From the NCBI GenBank assembly GCA_009914755.4, contig CP068257.2, positions 2,624,001-2,688,000 on the forward strand: a stretch of 64,000 nucleotides of DNA, written 5' to 3'. The translations under genes and the position numbers were made by a program. Source of the DNA: the human T2T-CHM13v2.0 reference genome, Homo sapiens. A model generated the notes under the pieces. The model was not told the DNA's origin. It saw nothing but the letters and a program-made list of their open reading frames with translations, and searched no databases. Shown in pieces: positions 1 to 13,070 of this stretch. Position 1 is the stretch's first letter. Every line of letters starts with the position of its first letter.

Positions 1-1469
1 AGATGACTTCACTGGTAAATCCTATCAAACATGTAAAGAAGAATCATACCTATCTTACACAGCTATTTCCAAAAACAGGGAAGGAGACAGCAATTCCCAT
101 GTAATTTTATGACACCCAATATCACCTTGACACCAAAATCAAATAAAGCCATTACAAGAAAAGGATACAAAAGTCCAATATCTCCCATCAACACCAATAT
201 AGAAATCTTAAAAAAAAAAAAAAAAAGCACCTAGAAATCAACTCTAGCAATATCCCAAAGGACAACGCACCACAACCAAGTGGGGTTTATCTCAGGGATG
301 TAAAGTGAGTTTAAAAGTTGAAAATGAAACCAATGTAATTCATTGGCAGAATGAAGAAAGTTGTGTAATCATCTCAACTGATACAGAAAGAGGCACTTGA
401 CAGCATTAAACATCCTTATGATAAAAACTCCCAAGAAATAAAGTTTAAAAGGAATGTCTTCATTTTGATAAAGGTTTTCTCTGCAGTTCCTACAGACATC
501 ATACCATATGGTGGACTACTGAAAGCTTTCTGCCTAAGCTTGGAAACAATGCAATTATGCCCATTCTCATGACTTCTGTTCAACACTATGGAAGTCCTGG
601 ACAGTATAATAAACCAATAAAAAGCAAGACAAGACATAAGGATTAGAAAGAAAGAAGTAAAATGATAGTCACAGGAAACATAACTGCAAATTTCTTAGTG
701 TTCTATATAAACAAACCACTAGAAGTAATAAGTGAAACAGACGTTATCAGACTATAAAGTCACTATACAAAAATCAATTGTATATCTACATACTGACAGC
801 AAACAACTGGAAAATCAAATTCAAAAGTTCTACTGACAGTAGTGTCAAATTATAAAATACTTAAGAATAAATTTTTAAACAGGCATGCAATACTGCTACA
901 TTGAAAATTATGAAATATTGAGGCCCAATATTAAGATGTTGATTCTCGCCCCAAATGATCTGGACTCAATACAATTCTCCGAGAAAATCCAACAGGCTTC
1001 ACTGTAGAAATTAATAAACTAATAGTTAGTAAGTACAAAGTTGGAGCACATACTACCTGATCTCAAGACTTCATGAAATTATAGAAATCAAGAGAAATAT
1101 ACCAACAGAAAAACAGACAATCGATAGAACAGAGTCCAGAAATAGACCAATACATAGAAAGTTAATTGATTTTTTATGAAGATATGAAACTGGATTAATG
1201 CAAAAAGGAAACACCAGTGGTGCTAGCACAAATGGCTATCAAGATGTTAAAAAAAAAAGTAAATCTTGAAACCAAACTCACACCATGCCAAAAATTAATT
1301 TGAGATTAATGACAGATTTAATGTAAAAACTAAAACTATGATGTCTCTGAAAGACAATGTAGAATATTTTCCTGACTTTGGGGTAAGCAAAGATCTCTTA
1401 GATCAAAGAGATAAGGCAGTAACCATAAAATTAAAAAATAAACTAAGCTTTATAAAAATTAAAAGCTTC
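1..1469 (+). mobile_element. ancient L1 (L1M-type) ORF2 fragment
   Basis: Degenerate L1 ORF2-like translation on the + strand (RT-region motifs recognisable, e.g. ...MPILMTSVQHYGSPGQYNKPIKSK... resembling [28 protein letters not shown]). It has many stops and frameshifts. It is interrupted by the Alu at 1470. Confidence 0.5.
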
Positions 1470-2110
<641 letters not shown>

Positions 2111-2618
2111 ACAGGCTGGTTAAGTGTGTTTGGGCCAGTTTATTTCTAGTATCATTTACAGGCTACCCTGATACTGTATTTAAAATTTTCATTCATTTCA
2201 GAGTTCACAAAATAATGATTTTTCCTGTGAAGATACTTCGTTTAAGAGACAACTGACTTCTACAACTAAAAGTTATACATGTTCAAAGAAAATAACTTGT
2301 AAAATATAGTTCGTTGAATAACATTTACATTAAGCCTTTATAATTATGTATCAGAATTTCCGGCTATTAAGCAGTCTAATGTTGCCTACTAAGTCAGAGA
2401 GTTGTAATTCTCTCCTGTGCTCTGTTCTGATAATGAAGTAAAGGGATCAGTAGCATCTACTGTGCTAAAGAATAAATGGAATTTACAACTGTAGGTAATA
2501 TTTAAGCACTTTAAGACTAATATGAGTACATCATAAATTTCTAACTAGGAAAATATTTTCAATGAGATCTCAACAAATGTTAACTTTTTTCAGAATAAAG
2601 CACTGAAAACTGACTCAC

Positions 2619-2688
2619 CAACATATCAAACTGGGTTTCTTCATCTTCTTCTCTTTTTCTCTTCTTCTCTTTGCTCTTTTTCTTCTTA
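2619..2688 (-). CDS. FRG1: FRG1-family exon 2 (phase-2 acceptor; encodes (S)[23 protein letters not shown])
   Basis: Minus strand reads ...ttatgtcctgtag|TAAGAAGAAAAAGAGCAAAGAGAAGAAGAGAAAAAGAGAAGAAGATGAAGAAACCCAGTTTGATATGTTG|gtgagtca. It has a polypyrimidine tract plus AG acceptor and a GTGAGT donor. The reading frame continues from the 2 nt left over by exon 1. The peptide matches FRG1 residues 21-45 except E for D, F for L, M for I and L for V. Confidence 0.7.
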
Positions 2689-3034
2689 CTACAGGACATA
2701 ATTTATACAGATGAGTTTAGATATATTGACTTGTGTGATAAATAAATATTGTAAGATTGAAACTTGGAAGTCTTTTAAGCTGTTACATTTATAAATTATT
2801 GATTTAGGAAGACTTACATTGCTATGCCCTCTTAAATACAGTACTGAGAAGTTGCTTCAGGCTTTGTACATATTATGTTAAAGTTCAAAGCAGATTGTAG
2901 AGCCACACTGCCAGATTTTATATCCCGATTCTGTCACTTCTTAGCTCTGTGATTTTTGGAAAAGGTACTGAATCTCTCTGTGAGTCAGTTTCCCACTTAA
3001 AAAATTAGGATAGCAACTTAATTCTTAAGGCTAT

Positions 3035-3690
3035 TGTGAGGATTAAGAGGTAATATGTATCTTCACACATTGCTGGTAGAAATGTAAAATGGTGCAGCAT
3101 CTACAGGAAACAGTTTAGGGTTCCTCAAAAAGTTAAAGAGTTACCATATGACCCAGCAATTTTACTCCTAAGTATGTATTCCCAAGGGAAATGAAAACAT
3201 ACACCCACAAAAATACTTACATAAGAATATTCACACTAGCATTAGTCACAATAGTCAAAAAGGGGAAACAACCTAAATGTTCATCAACTGATGAATGGAT
3301 GAACAAAATGTTACATCCATACAATGGAATACTACGCAGTCATAAAAAGGAACAAGTGCTACAACAATGATGGACCTCAAGAATGTTATAAGTGAAAGAA
3401 GCCAGATACAAAAGGCCACATGTTGCATGATTTCTTAGGAAATATTCAGAATAGGCAATTTCACATAGATAGCAGACTAGTGGTTGCCAAGGACTAGGAG
3501 AGGGGGAGGATGGGATGTGACTGCTTTAATGGGTAGGAAGAGATTCTTCTGAGATGATGAAAATGCTGAGCAACTAGACAGTGGTGAACCTCTTGAATAT
3601 ATACTAAAAACCACTGACTGTACAGAATGGTGAATTTTATAATTATGAATTACATCGCAATAAAAAAATAAAAACCCAAGAGCGATTTGA
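3035..3690 (+). mobile_element. ancient L1 (L1MB/MC-like) 3' end
   Basis: Typical L1M 3'-terminal sequence (…aatggaatactacgcagtcataaaaaggaac… gatagcagactagtggttgccaaggactaggagagggggaggatggg…), ending in an A-rich tail near 3660-3680. Confidence 0.6.
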
Positions 3691-4439
3691 AAAAAGTTAA
3701 TGTGCAAAGTGCCTACAACAATTTCTTGGCGTATTGAAAGTGCTATATGAGCATTAATTATGATTATTACGATAATCTTAAGACACTCTTGTATGCATTT
3801 TCATCATAAAGTTTTCAGAAGATAACTCACCACTCCTCACAGGAAATTCACAGAGTAAAAATCTCACATTCATTCAGGATATACCTGCCGTTTATTCTGG
3901 CATCTTCATGAGGCCAGACTCCTCGAGAGGGTTCTCAAGGGCAGTGGCTTCAGCTCACTCCTTGATACTTTCTTTCCATCTCGCCTAACAATATCAAAAC
4001 CTTTGTTTATCACGGAGACCAGGAGGAAATGCTCAATATTTGCATGTACAGTCAACCTCAGGCAAATATGCCAGTTAAAAAAGAAACGGGGATATGAATG
4101 CACAGGTATTTTTCTCCTAAAGAGCTAATAAATTACCACTACGACCTCCTCACATTTGGCTCAATTTATTTACTGCATATATGTTCTCTCATTTAATCCT
4201 CACAGTCTTCTAAAGGTATAAAAAATGGTCTGAAAGTATAAATGTATAAACGGAGGTTCAAAGATATTTGATCTCTTAATGAGTAAATGGAAGTTCAGAC
4301 ATATTAACCAATTTCCTGGTTTCACTCTACATATTAGCTTAGAAAAAATTAATCAATAATTTTTCCAGGAAGAGACAATGGAGAAAAGAATAATCCCTAA
4401 TAAAGGAAGTTATTATCATGAACTACAAGATTAGACTAA

Positions 4440-5560
4440 CGGAGACCCACCAGGCAGAGGCCTGCAGAGATGCCTCAGAGGACTGAAACTCGTGGGTACG
4501 GGGCCACGGGTCACCCGCCCGTCTATCCTGTTTCCAGGGTCGTCAGTGCGGGAGGCTGCCCCTCTCTGCACAGGCGCCAGGAACTGCGGTCCGGCCTCCG
4601 TCCAGCCCGGACAGGGGCCAGGGCGAAGCCTGGGAGGCCACAAAGCCGGCTCTCCGCGCCACGGCTTCCACCGGATTCGAGGGGGGTGGAGTGCGTCCGA
4701 AAAGAACTGAGGAGGCTCCCGCCGGAGGTGCAGGACCCACCTCTTCGTCTTGGTTCCCTTGAGCACAAGCTTGGTAGACTTCGCATAAGAGTACTCGGCC
4801 ATGGCTCCGGGACACTTCTGCGCGGAGAGGCTGAAGCCGGCTCAGGACGAGTATGTGACCCGGAGCAGCACCAGGGCGGGGAGGAACAGAAGTGGAGGCA
4901 AAGTAAACACTCCCTGACAGCGTACGTCTGTCCAGAACCCGCCTCCGTCTTCACCCAAACGCTGAATGGCTGAGATTTCCACTTCCGGTTTTCTGCCCCG
5001 GGGGGGTGGGAGCTATGGCAGCCACAGAGGGCCGAAAGGTGTCCACACACAGCTGTTCCCTGGCGTCCTCTTGAGGAGCACTTGAGGATTCGTGCCTCCC
5101 AGAGGTGGGGAAAGCCCGCCCGAGGCGCCGGTGCTGACGGTGGCGGGGCTGCCGGGCGCGCTGTGGAACCGCCTCCCGCTAGAGCTGCGGGCTGGCGACG
5201 GTCTCCGCGGGGGCGGGAAGCGGCTCAGGCTTCCCTCGTCGGCCTGCGGCGGCGCGTCTGGAAGCGCGGGCCACTCGTGCGCGGGTCACTCGGGGCTGTG
5301 CCTCGCGCGACTGTGTGTGCAGGAAACAAGCAGGGAATACCCTGAAATAGAATGAAGCGCCATGTTGAGGGCCGCAGACGTCGCGAGTGCTGTGGGAATG
5401 TGGGCTGAGGTGGAGAGTTACAGGCGCGTGTTACAGGCTCAGGGCTCAGGAAGAAGCCTAATCGTGGAGGCGGCATCTGAGGAGGGTCTTGAAGGCTGGG
5501 CAGGCTTTTGCCCGATAGAGATGGAGGAAGCTAGCCCTGTCTGATGGAGGAAACAGGGCA
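4440..5560 (-). promoter_or_regulatory. CpG island / promoter overlapping FRG1-like exon 1 (possibly bidirectional)
   Basis: About 1.1 kb of high-GC sequence with dense CpG (cgcggagagg, gcgcgggtcactcgggg, ggcggcgcgtctggaagcgcgggcc, several GC boxes). The start codon lies inside it. It has no TATA box and is GC-rich on both sides of the ATG. Confidence 0.7.
4741..4802 (-). CDS. FRG1: FRG1-family exon 1 coding part ([20 protein letters not shown] + 2 nt), GT donor at 4740-4739
   Basis: Minus strand: ccATGGCCGAGTACTCTTATGCGAAGTCTACCAAGCTTGTGCTCAAGGGAACCAAGACGAAGAG|gtgggt. The first 20 aa are identical to the FRG1 N-terminus ([20 protein letters not shown]) except A7 for V7. The donor follows directly and the phase matches exon 2 at 2688. 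The supplied ORF 4431..4802(-) is this exon read through into the intron. Confidence 0.8.
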
Positions 5561-5772
5561 GAGGCGTGGAGGGAGCCGTGCAGCGCTGGTGTGAGGAGCC
5601 GCGAGCAGGCCAGGCCTGTAAAGCAGAGTGATGGGAACCAGGATAGAGAAGGCAAGTCGGGGTCCTGTGGTCGCTGAAGAATTTGAATGAAATCAGTAAA
5701 CAGGTGAGAGGGATCCATCGCAAGAGCATGGGATGCAACGAGGAGTAGTCCACGGTGATTCCTCTGCAGCGG

Positions 5773-5844
5773 TGGGTATTATTAATCGCGTATGTGACAC
5801 CAAAACGATGGGTATTATTGATAGCATATGTGACACCAAAACCA
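5773..5844. repeat. 36-bp tandem duplication (x2)
   Basis: tgggtattattaatcgcgtatgtgacaccaaaacga / tgggtattattgatagcatatgtgacaccaaaacca. The two adjacent copies differ at about 4 positions, including loss of two CpGs in the second copy. Confidence 0.85.
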
Positions 5845-8431
5845 CCCCACTCAAGCTGTGGCTCTTTCCCTAAAGTAGAAAACAGACCAGTTGGGTTCCA
5901 AGCATCCACGAAGATCTTATTAAATTTGTGATCCCTGGTGGCACCATGGAGTCAGGATTGGCTCACCTCAAACCTGACTCAGAAACAAAACCATGTCAAT
6001 GTGCAGAGATGAACGTCCTTACCCGTTATCATATTTTCTGGTGTTTTCACAGTGCTGCACTTCCTAATCCCCATTCCACCGCAGTCCACATGCCATGATG
6101 CCCAGAGGCATTAACAAAGGAGACACACAGGGGCTTCTCACGTTGGGTTTTCATTGTTTTGATGAAAATCTCAGTTTCCTCATCTCATACAATGTGGTTA
6201 GTAATAGTATCATTTAGGGTTGAAGAATTAAATGGTACGAATTATATAGGGTGCTTATTATAACCTACATGGAAAATGCCTGGGATATGTTAGCTATGCT
6301 CATCACCAACATCGTTATATGATGGTAATAATCAGATAGTCAGGAAGGCCGACACAAAGAAAATGGATACATGCTCTGAGGGAATGAATGTGGAGAGATC
6401 AGAAGGTCAAGAACAAAGCCCTACAACATGTCTGCAGTAAAGGGATAGAGAAAAGAAAGGCTATAAAAGAAGGAATGAAACAGAGTTAGAGTAAAATTAT
6501 AAAATCAAAGCTAAGGAGAATTTCCAGAAAGGGTAATATCATTTAATATCATAGAAGTTTAGGAGCACAAGATGGGAAAAAGGCCTTTGGGTAACTGACA
6601 CTGAGGCAGTCTTTAGGGAAGCTCCATTTCCGATAGAGGAGTAGACAGAAAGTCAGCTTGAAGCAGGGACTAGGTGAAGAAGCTGTTGGCTGGTCGCATG
6701 GGGAAATAAATAAGGGATGGCATATGCCATTTTTCTGGATTTCTTTCTTTCTTGCCCAGCCTCTATATATGCACAGAGTTTTGCGAAAACTTACAAAAAA
6801 TAAAAATGAAACCAATTTCGTTTGCAGACTCAAATACAATGCTTTGTGTTAGAATCAAGATAAATTCATGCCTCTCCCTTCTATTGTCACCGTCAGTTTT
6901 GAAATTAAACATCAGCTTTTCTTCTTCATGAAAATCATTTTCAACTCCTTCCAGGTGTTGGTGGTTTGGGGGAGTTACATAAGCAGTCAGGTCTTGATGA
7001 GTAGAGGAGGGAACAAACACTTTCAGCAAAGGCAGAATTCTGAAATTCTGCTCGTATTTTTCTTCAGTAACTTTCCTATGTTTGTGAGGTTATTCAGTCA
7101 TAAAGATCCTAGTGAAATTTTTTTCAAGCTTTACTAGTCGTAATCACTGTGGACGTTTGTTTAAAATGTGTATTCCCAGGCCTCTCACCTGCTGATTCTG
7201 ATTCCGGAGATCACGGATGGGACTCAGAATACATATGTTTGACAAGCATCACAAGTGGTTCTTATGGTCAGACAAATTTTGGAATCTAACCAGGAATTTA
7301 TGTTTTTATGACTGGCAGCTAGAAAAGATTCCTAGAGTCTTTGCTTTTTGAAAATAAAATATTTCTGTTTTAAAAGGAAATTGTATGACTAGATACAACA
7401 TTTATACATGTGGCACATGTATTATACTGTGTGTTTTTGTCATATTTGCAGTCAAAGATGTGTAAGAACACTCTGAGAAAAATTATATATTAAATGCAAA
7501 GAGGGGTAAGTTAGGGTGGGGGAGTAATGGGAAGGGTGTGCTTATTGTTGCTAAAAGGTAGAAAAGCCAGAATTATAGCATCTAAGGTTGCAAATAGCAC
7601 ATTGTAAGTTGAGGGAGCTTCATAATCATGTCTGAAAACTTCTTTGATATACTGAGTTGTAAACAGTGGCTTTGGACAATATTTGACGGAGAAACCAACT
7701 ATGCTTTAAACCGTTCATTTAAAAGGCTTTAATTAAAGGAAAGTCTTTGTATTTACCTGAGCTAATTTAACTTCAGGATTTTAACAAATTACTAGCCCTT
7801 AACCTCTTAAAAATTGTCTTTCATTTCAAATGAAAGTTTAAGGTGGCCTTTATGTTCGATTGGTATACTTGTGTGAACACTTAACGGCAAGGTACTGTAC
7901 ATTTCTAAATGTTTACTTCTTAATTTTGCTGGAAGAAATATACTACTCAATTGATTATTTTTAAAGAAAGTAAAACAATTTATTTTGACAAGCGACACTG
8001 TATTTTCCCAGTTTTCTGGTGGTAAAGATTAGGCTTAACATCACTAATCATCAGAGAAATGCAAATCAAAACCAAAATGAGATACCATCCTATACCAGTC
8101 AGAATAGCTACTATTAAAAAAATCGAAAAACAACAGATCTTGGGAGGCTGTGGAGAAAAGGGAACATTTACACATAATTGGTGTGAATGTAAATTAGTTC
8201 AGCCACTGTTGAAAGCAGTTTGGAAATTTCTCAGAGAATTTAAAATAGAATTACCTTTCAAGCCAACAATTCCATTACTGGTATATGACCCAAAGAAAAT
8301 CAGTTATTCTACCAAAAAGACATATGCACTTGCATGTTCATCGCAGCACTATTCACAATAGCAAAGACATGGAGTCAGCCTAGGTGCCCATCAACAATGG
8401 ATTGGATCAATAAAATGTGGTACATCCACAC

Positions 8432-8843
8432 AGTATTATTAGGCCATTCTTACATTGCTATGAAGAAATACCTGAGACTGGGTAAATTATAAGGAAAAGA
8501 GATTTAATTGGCTCATAGCTCTGCAGTCTGTACAGGAAGCATGGTGACGGCATCTGCATGGCGTCTGTGGAGTCTCCAGGGAGCTTTTACTCATGATGGA
8601 AGGTGAAGAGAGAGTAGGCACATCACATGGCCAGAGCAGGAGCAAGAGAGAATGGGAGTGGGGTTAAGTACCACACACCCTTAAACAACCAGATCTTGAA
8701 AGAATTCACTATCACAAGGACAGCATCAGGGCATTAGAGATCCACCCCCGTGACCCAAACACCTCCTACCAGGCGCCACCTCCAACACTGAGGATTACAT
8801 TTCACCATGAGATTTATAGGGGCCACCTTCCAAACCATTTCAC
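8432..8843 (-). mobile_element. solo MaLR LTR (THE1/MST-like) inserted in the L1
   Basis: Reverse complement of the THE1/MST LTR consensus (…cctgagactgggtaaattataagg…ggaattacatttcaccatgagatttatagggg…caaaccatttca). The L1 ORF2 is split between …KKMWYIHT and MEYYAAIK…. A short cacac duplication lies at the junctions. Confidence 0.75.
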
Positions 8844-9100
8844 ACACCATGGAATACTATGCAGCCATAAAAATAACAAACTTATGTCCTTTGAAGCAAC
8901 ATGGATGCAGCTGAAGGCCATTATCCTAAGTAAATTAATGCAGGAATACAAAACGAAATACCACATTATCTCACTTATAAGTGGGAGCTAAACACTGGGT
9001 ATTCATGGACATAAAGATGGAAAGAATAAACACCGGGACTACTAGAGGGGAGAAGGAGGAAGGCAAGGTTTGACAAACTAACTATTGGGTACTATGCTCA

Positions 9101-9487
9101 TGTATTAATCTGTTCTCACACTGCTATATAGAACTACCCAAGACTGGGTAATTTATAAAGAAAAGAGGTTTAACTGACTCACAGTTCCACAGGCTGTACA
9201 GGAAGCATGGCTGGGAGGCTTCAGGAAACTTACAATCATGGCAGAAGGTGAAGGGGGAAGCAAGGCACATTCTACCATGGTGACAGGAGAGCAAGTGAGC
9301 CAGGGGGGATGTGCCATATGTTTAAACCATCAGATCTCATGAGAACTCACTTACCATCTAAGAAGAGCAAGGGGGAAATCTGCCCTCTTGAGCTAATCAC
9401 CTCCCACCAGGTCATTCCCCCTACATTGGGAATTACAATTCAACATGAGATTTGGGTGGGGACACAGAGTCAAACCATACCAAATCA
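9101..9487 (-). mobile_element. second solo MaLR LTR (THE1/MST-like) in the L1 3' UTR
   Basis: tgtattaatctgttctcacactgctatatagaactacccaagactgggtaatttataaagaaaagaggtttaac … gggaattacaattcaacatgagatttgggtggggacacagagtcaaaccatacca is the reverse complement of a MaLR LTR. L1 3'-UTR sequence lies on both sides. Confidence 0.75.
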
Positions 9488-11220
9488 GCATCTGGATGAT
9501 TGGGATCATTCATACCCCAAAACTCAGCATTATGAGATATACCCATGTAACAAACTGGCACATGTACCCCTGAATGTAAAATACAAGTTAAAATTATTTT
9601 CAAAATAATTAATGAATAAATAAATATGATTAAATGAAATTAAAATTTTGAATTAAAAAAATTTTAGAGTGATAGTGATTTCAGCTTGCAGTTATGTAAG
9701 TTATGTAAATGGAAACAGTGAGTTATGTAGGGTTCGGATCAATTGCACTCTCTGTACTAAGCTGATGTCCAGTTGTTTGGATGAAAAGAAAAGAGGAGAA
9801 ACATATAGATCTAACAGGAAAAAAATGGACAAGTTTTTATGATAAAAAAAGAAGAATGGAGGAAATAGGACTGAGGTTATAGGGATTGATAGATATTAAT
9901 AGATGACTAAGTCAAAAGCCACTGGTTGCAGAAAATATTGATTAATTTTGTTTTATTCCAGTCAGACAACAAAATTCTATAACTGCCTCTAGAGAAAACC
10001 CTTTTAGCCCTGTAATTATCTTTATTCCAAGCACCATTCCATTCATTAAGTAGTGTATAGAGTGATTAATAAGTGAATTATTCACAGAATTAAGACAGAA
10101 TTTTTGAGTATTTCAGGATATTAATATTATAGTCAATGAACTAAAATAAAATTTGACTAGAGGTGTGATCACCATGAATGCCATGTTGGTATCTTGTTAG
10201 ATTTGGCAAACTAAAGTTGACAAATTTATTAATAAAATAAACATTCCTTGATGATTAATTTACATTTAGTACACATGCTCTTTCTTCTTCCTTCCCTTTC
10301 TTATTCATTCATTCCTACAGAGCAGTGACTTTCATTCTAAGATTCCCAGAATCCTAAGGAATTCTTGAATGTCATCATAGGGAGCCAGGTGTGAGGATTC
10401 CCAAAAGTTGTATTTAATACTTGAAAAATCTCGAGAAGTTATATATTTATGCCAGAAAAACTATACAGGTTTTAAGTTATATATATATAGTTGAATACTT
10501 TTTATTTCTATCCAGAACGAAGTCATTAGAGTTAATAATGTTGATTATTTCATACTGACCTAATGGGTAGCCTTTATATATCATTGATTACTTATTAGTA
10601 TAATAAGAACCCCCCCAAAATTACAAAATAAATATATTTTGTGGGTTTTTGTTAAGGCTTTTGAAACATAAAATCAGAGGAGAGGATTAAAAGTAATCCT
10701 TGATTGTTAAAAAGGCAGGGAACTACTAACTTAGAAAATTGTATGAAAACAGCAAGATATATACATGACTCTCAGACCAGCTGCCTGTTTTAATAAAGTT
10801 TTATTGGAGCACATCCATGGATCTATGGTGCTTTCCTGATACAATGGTACAGTTGAATGGTTGCTATAGAGACCGTATGGTTTGCAAAGCCTAAAATATT
10901 TATCATCTGGTCCTTTATAGCAAAAGTGAACCCAGTTTTAGATCATTCACTTTATGAATTAAGATACAGTGGATGCTGCCTTAACTGACCTCCACTTAAC
11001 TGATTTGCAATCAGCACTTTCTGGTACCCCTGTACAACTTACTGACTGATGTCCACTGCAAACTGAAAGCCTTTGAGCTGCTTTTAATGCCTGTACATTT
11101 CTCCTTCCATCACAGAAATTGTATAGTTTCTAAGAGGAAGCTGTGTTCATTCCTAAATATGTTTACACCATTTGTTCTTGTTCTTGTAGTTATGCGATTT
11201 AATTAAATATTATGTTGAGA

Positions 11221-11496
<276 letters not shown>

Positions 11497-13070
11497 TTAT
11501 GTAAACTGAGAAAATGAGTATAACAAGATTAGTATTGTTGTTTCTTTGAGAAATAAACTAAATGTGTTGGAAAAATGAGAAACTCAAACAGTTGCTGTCA
11601 CCTTAACTGTTGGCAAGACAACTAGAAACAAATGGGAAAAATTGTGTAATCTAGGATTTCAGATTGCTTTACCCCAGTTGTCTTCACAGAAAGTAAACAA
11701 GAAATCCATGACAACATATCATTGGCATAGTTTCCACAAGAAACTTCACTCTGAATCCGTGCAAGGCTTTGACCTTGTCATCAAAATTCTGGCAAATTTA
11801 TTTGCACAAGTCTTTTAAATTAAAGTTAAGTTTTAAGGACTTACATCGAATACTTCTTATGATTCCTCCATCTAACTTAAATTTGTGATTAATCTGTTTA
11901 TTACTGGTCCCAATCTGATTGAATAAGGGGATTTCTACGGTTTTTGCTAACCAAAAGTTTACTTTGATGAAGATGGAATTATAAATACAATAATTCAAGT
12001 TTAAAGAATTAGAATGGTAAAGGTTAATACAATTTAGAAGCCTAAAAATCACTTGAAAACCTTACTAACAATGTAAATTCTTGTGCCTTAGGCCTGAGAT
12101 TTTGATTCAATAGGTCTATCATGGGACATAGGAATCTGTATTTTTAGGAATGATAAAGGAAAATTGCTTAAAATTGGGTAAATTATGACTTGCAAATATA
12201 AAATGAACACTTGTCTAAGATTTTTGTTTAACTCATTTATTTAATGAGGGAGCCAGTAAGATGTTATACTGAGTTTTATGGAAAATTAAGTGCCACACAT
12301 ATCTAGGCACTAAGGAACACTGAAATAAATTTGCTTGATAGGTTCAAAACTGACTTCTTGATGGAAGGTGGAAAAAGGGAAATTAATTATACTTCCACCA
12401 AAATCAATCATTTGCCTGTCTATAGATAAGAATATTTGCATTACTATCAGTAATCTACAACTAACAGAATTGCAAATAACAAAGAAAACAAAAGGCACAG
12501 AGACCCCATAGAAACAGATAACCCAGGTTATTCTAGACAAGGCTGAGATTTCCATTAAAGACACTCAGTGGTAATTTCATTGGTCCATCTTAAAATCTTT
12601 CCGTTTTCTCCTGAAACAAATTGCTCAAGCAATTAAAATACATTGAATGTGGTCAGTGGGTCACACCTGGAGAAATCATTTTCTAACCTATAATCAAGAC
12701 TGTTGAATTACTCCCTTCACTGGAAAGAATAAGATATTACCACATAAATTCATATTATGATAATGGCCCACTATGAATGCTTTGGTGTTCTTAATTTTCT
12801 TAAGATTTATTAATATTTCTGAAGTAACTATTAAATGCCAAGCAATGTATTTTCTAATTTAATATTTCATTGACTTTTACTTTCACTTCAGTTGAGCTAC
12901 TCACTTTCATGGCTATAAACTTAACTTTTCAATAACTTAAAAATTGATTTCTATTGTTATAAACTTTAATGTTCCACTCTGTGACCTGCTCTTTCAGACT
13001 CTCTCTTCCTTACTGCCGATTTACCTTCTCTTCTATCTCTTCCAGTGCCCCAGTATCTTGACTCTTCCAT

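Larger units (their letters stand above)
8049..9640 (+). mobile_element. 5'-truncated L1 (older L1PA/L1PB-type) ORF2 C-terminus and 3' UTR
   Basis: Translation [21 protein letters not shown]…[52 protein letters not shown]…, then …[47 protein letters not shown]. The 3' UTR ends …acccatgtaacaaactggcacatgtacccctgaatgtaaaatacaagttaaaa. It is interrupted by two antisense LTRs. Confidence 0.75.

Noticed and set aside
4470-5550. Several overlapping 70-175 aa ORFs on both strands (4470..4973+, 4523..5050-, 5082..5345+, 5092..5355+ and others)
   Set aside because: They are GC-rich CpG-island sequence where stop codons are rare by composition, and the products are Pro/Arg/Gly/Ala-rich. The real coding signal here is only the 62-nt FRG1-like exon 1 (4741-4802, minus), which ends at a splice donor. 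The ORF continuing to 4431 is intron read-through.
8450-9490. Initially read the gggaattacaattcaacatgagatttgggtgggg…caaaccata blocks as part of an old L1 3' UTR
   Set aside because: They are the reverse complement of MaLR (THE1/MST-type) LTRs, the same family as the LTRs of the full THE1 at 53864-55853. The L1 sequence is interrupted by them and resumes precisely afterwards.
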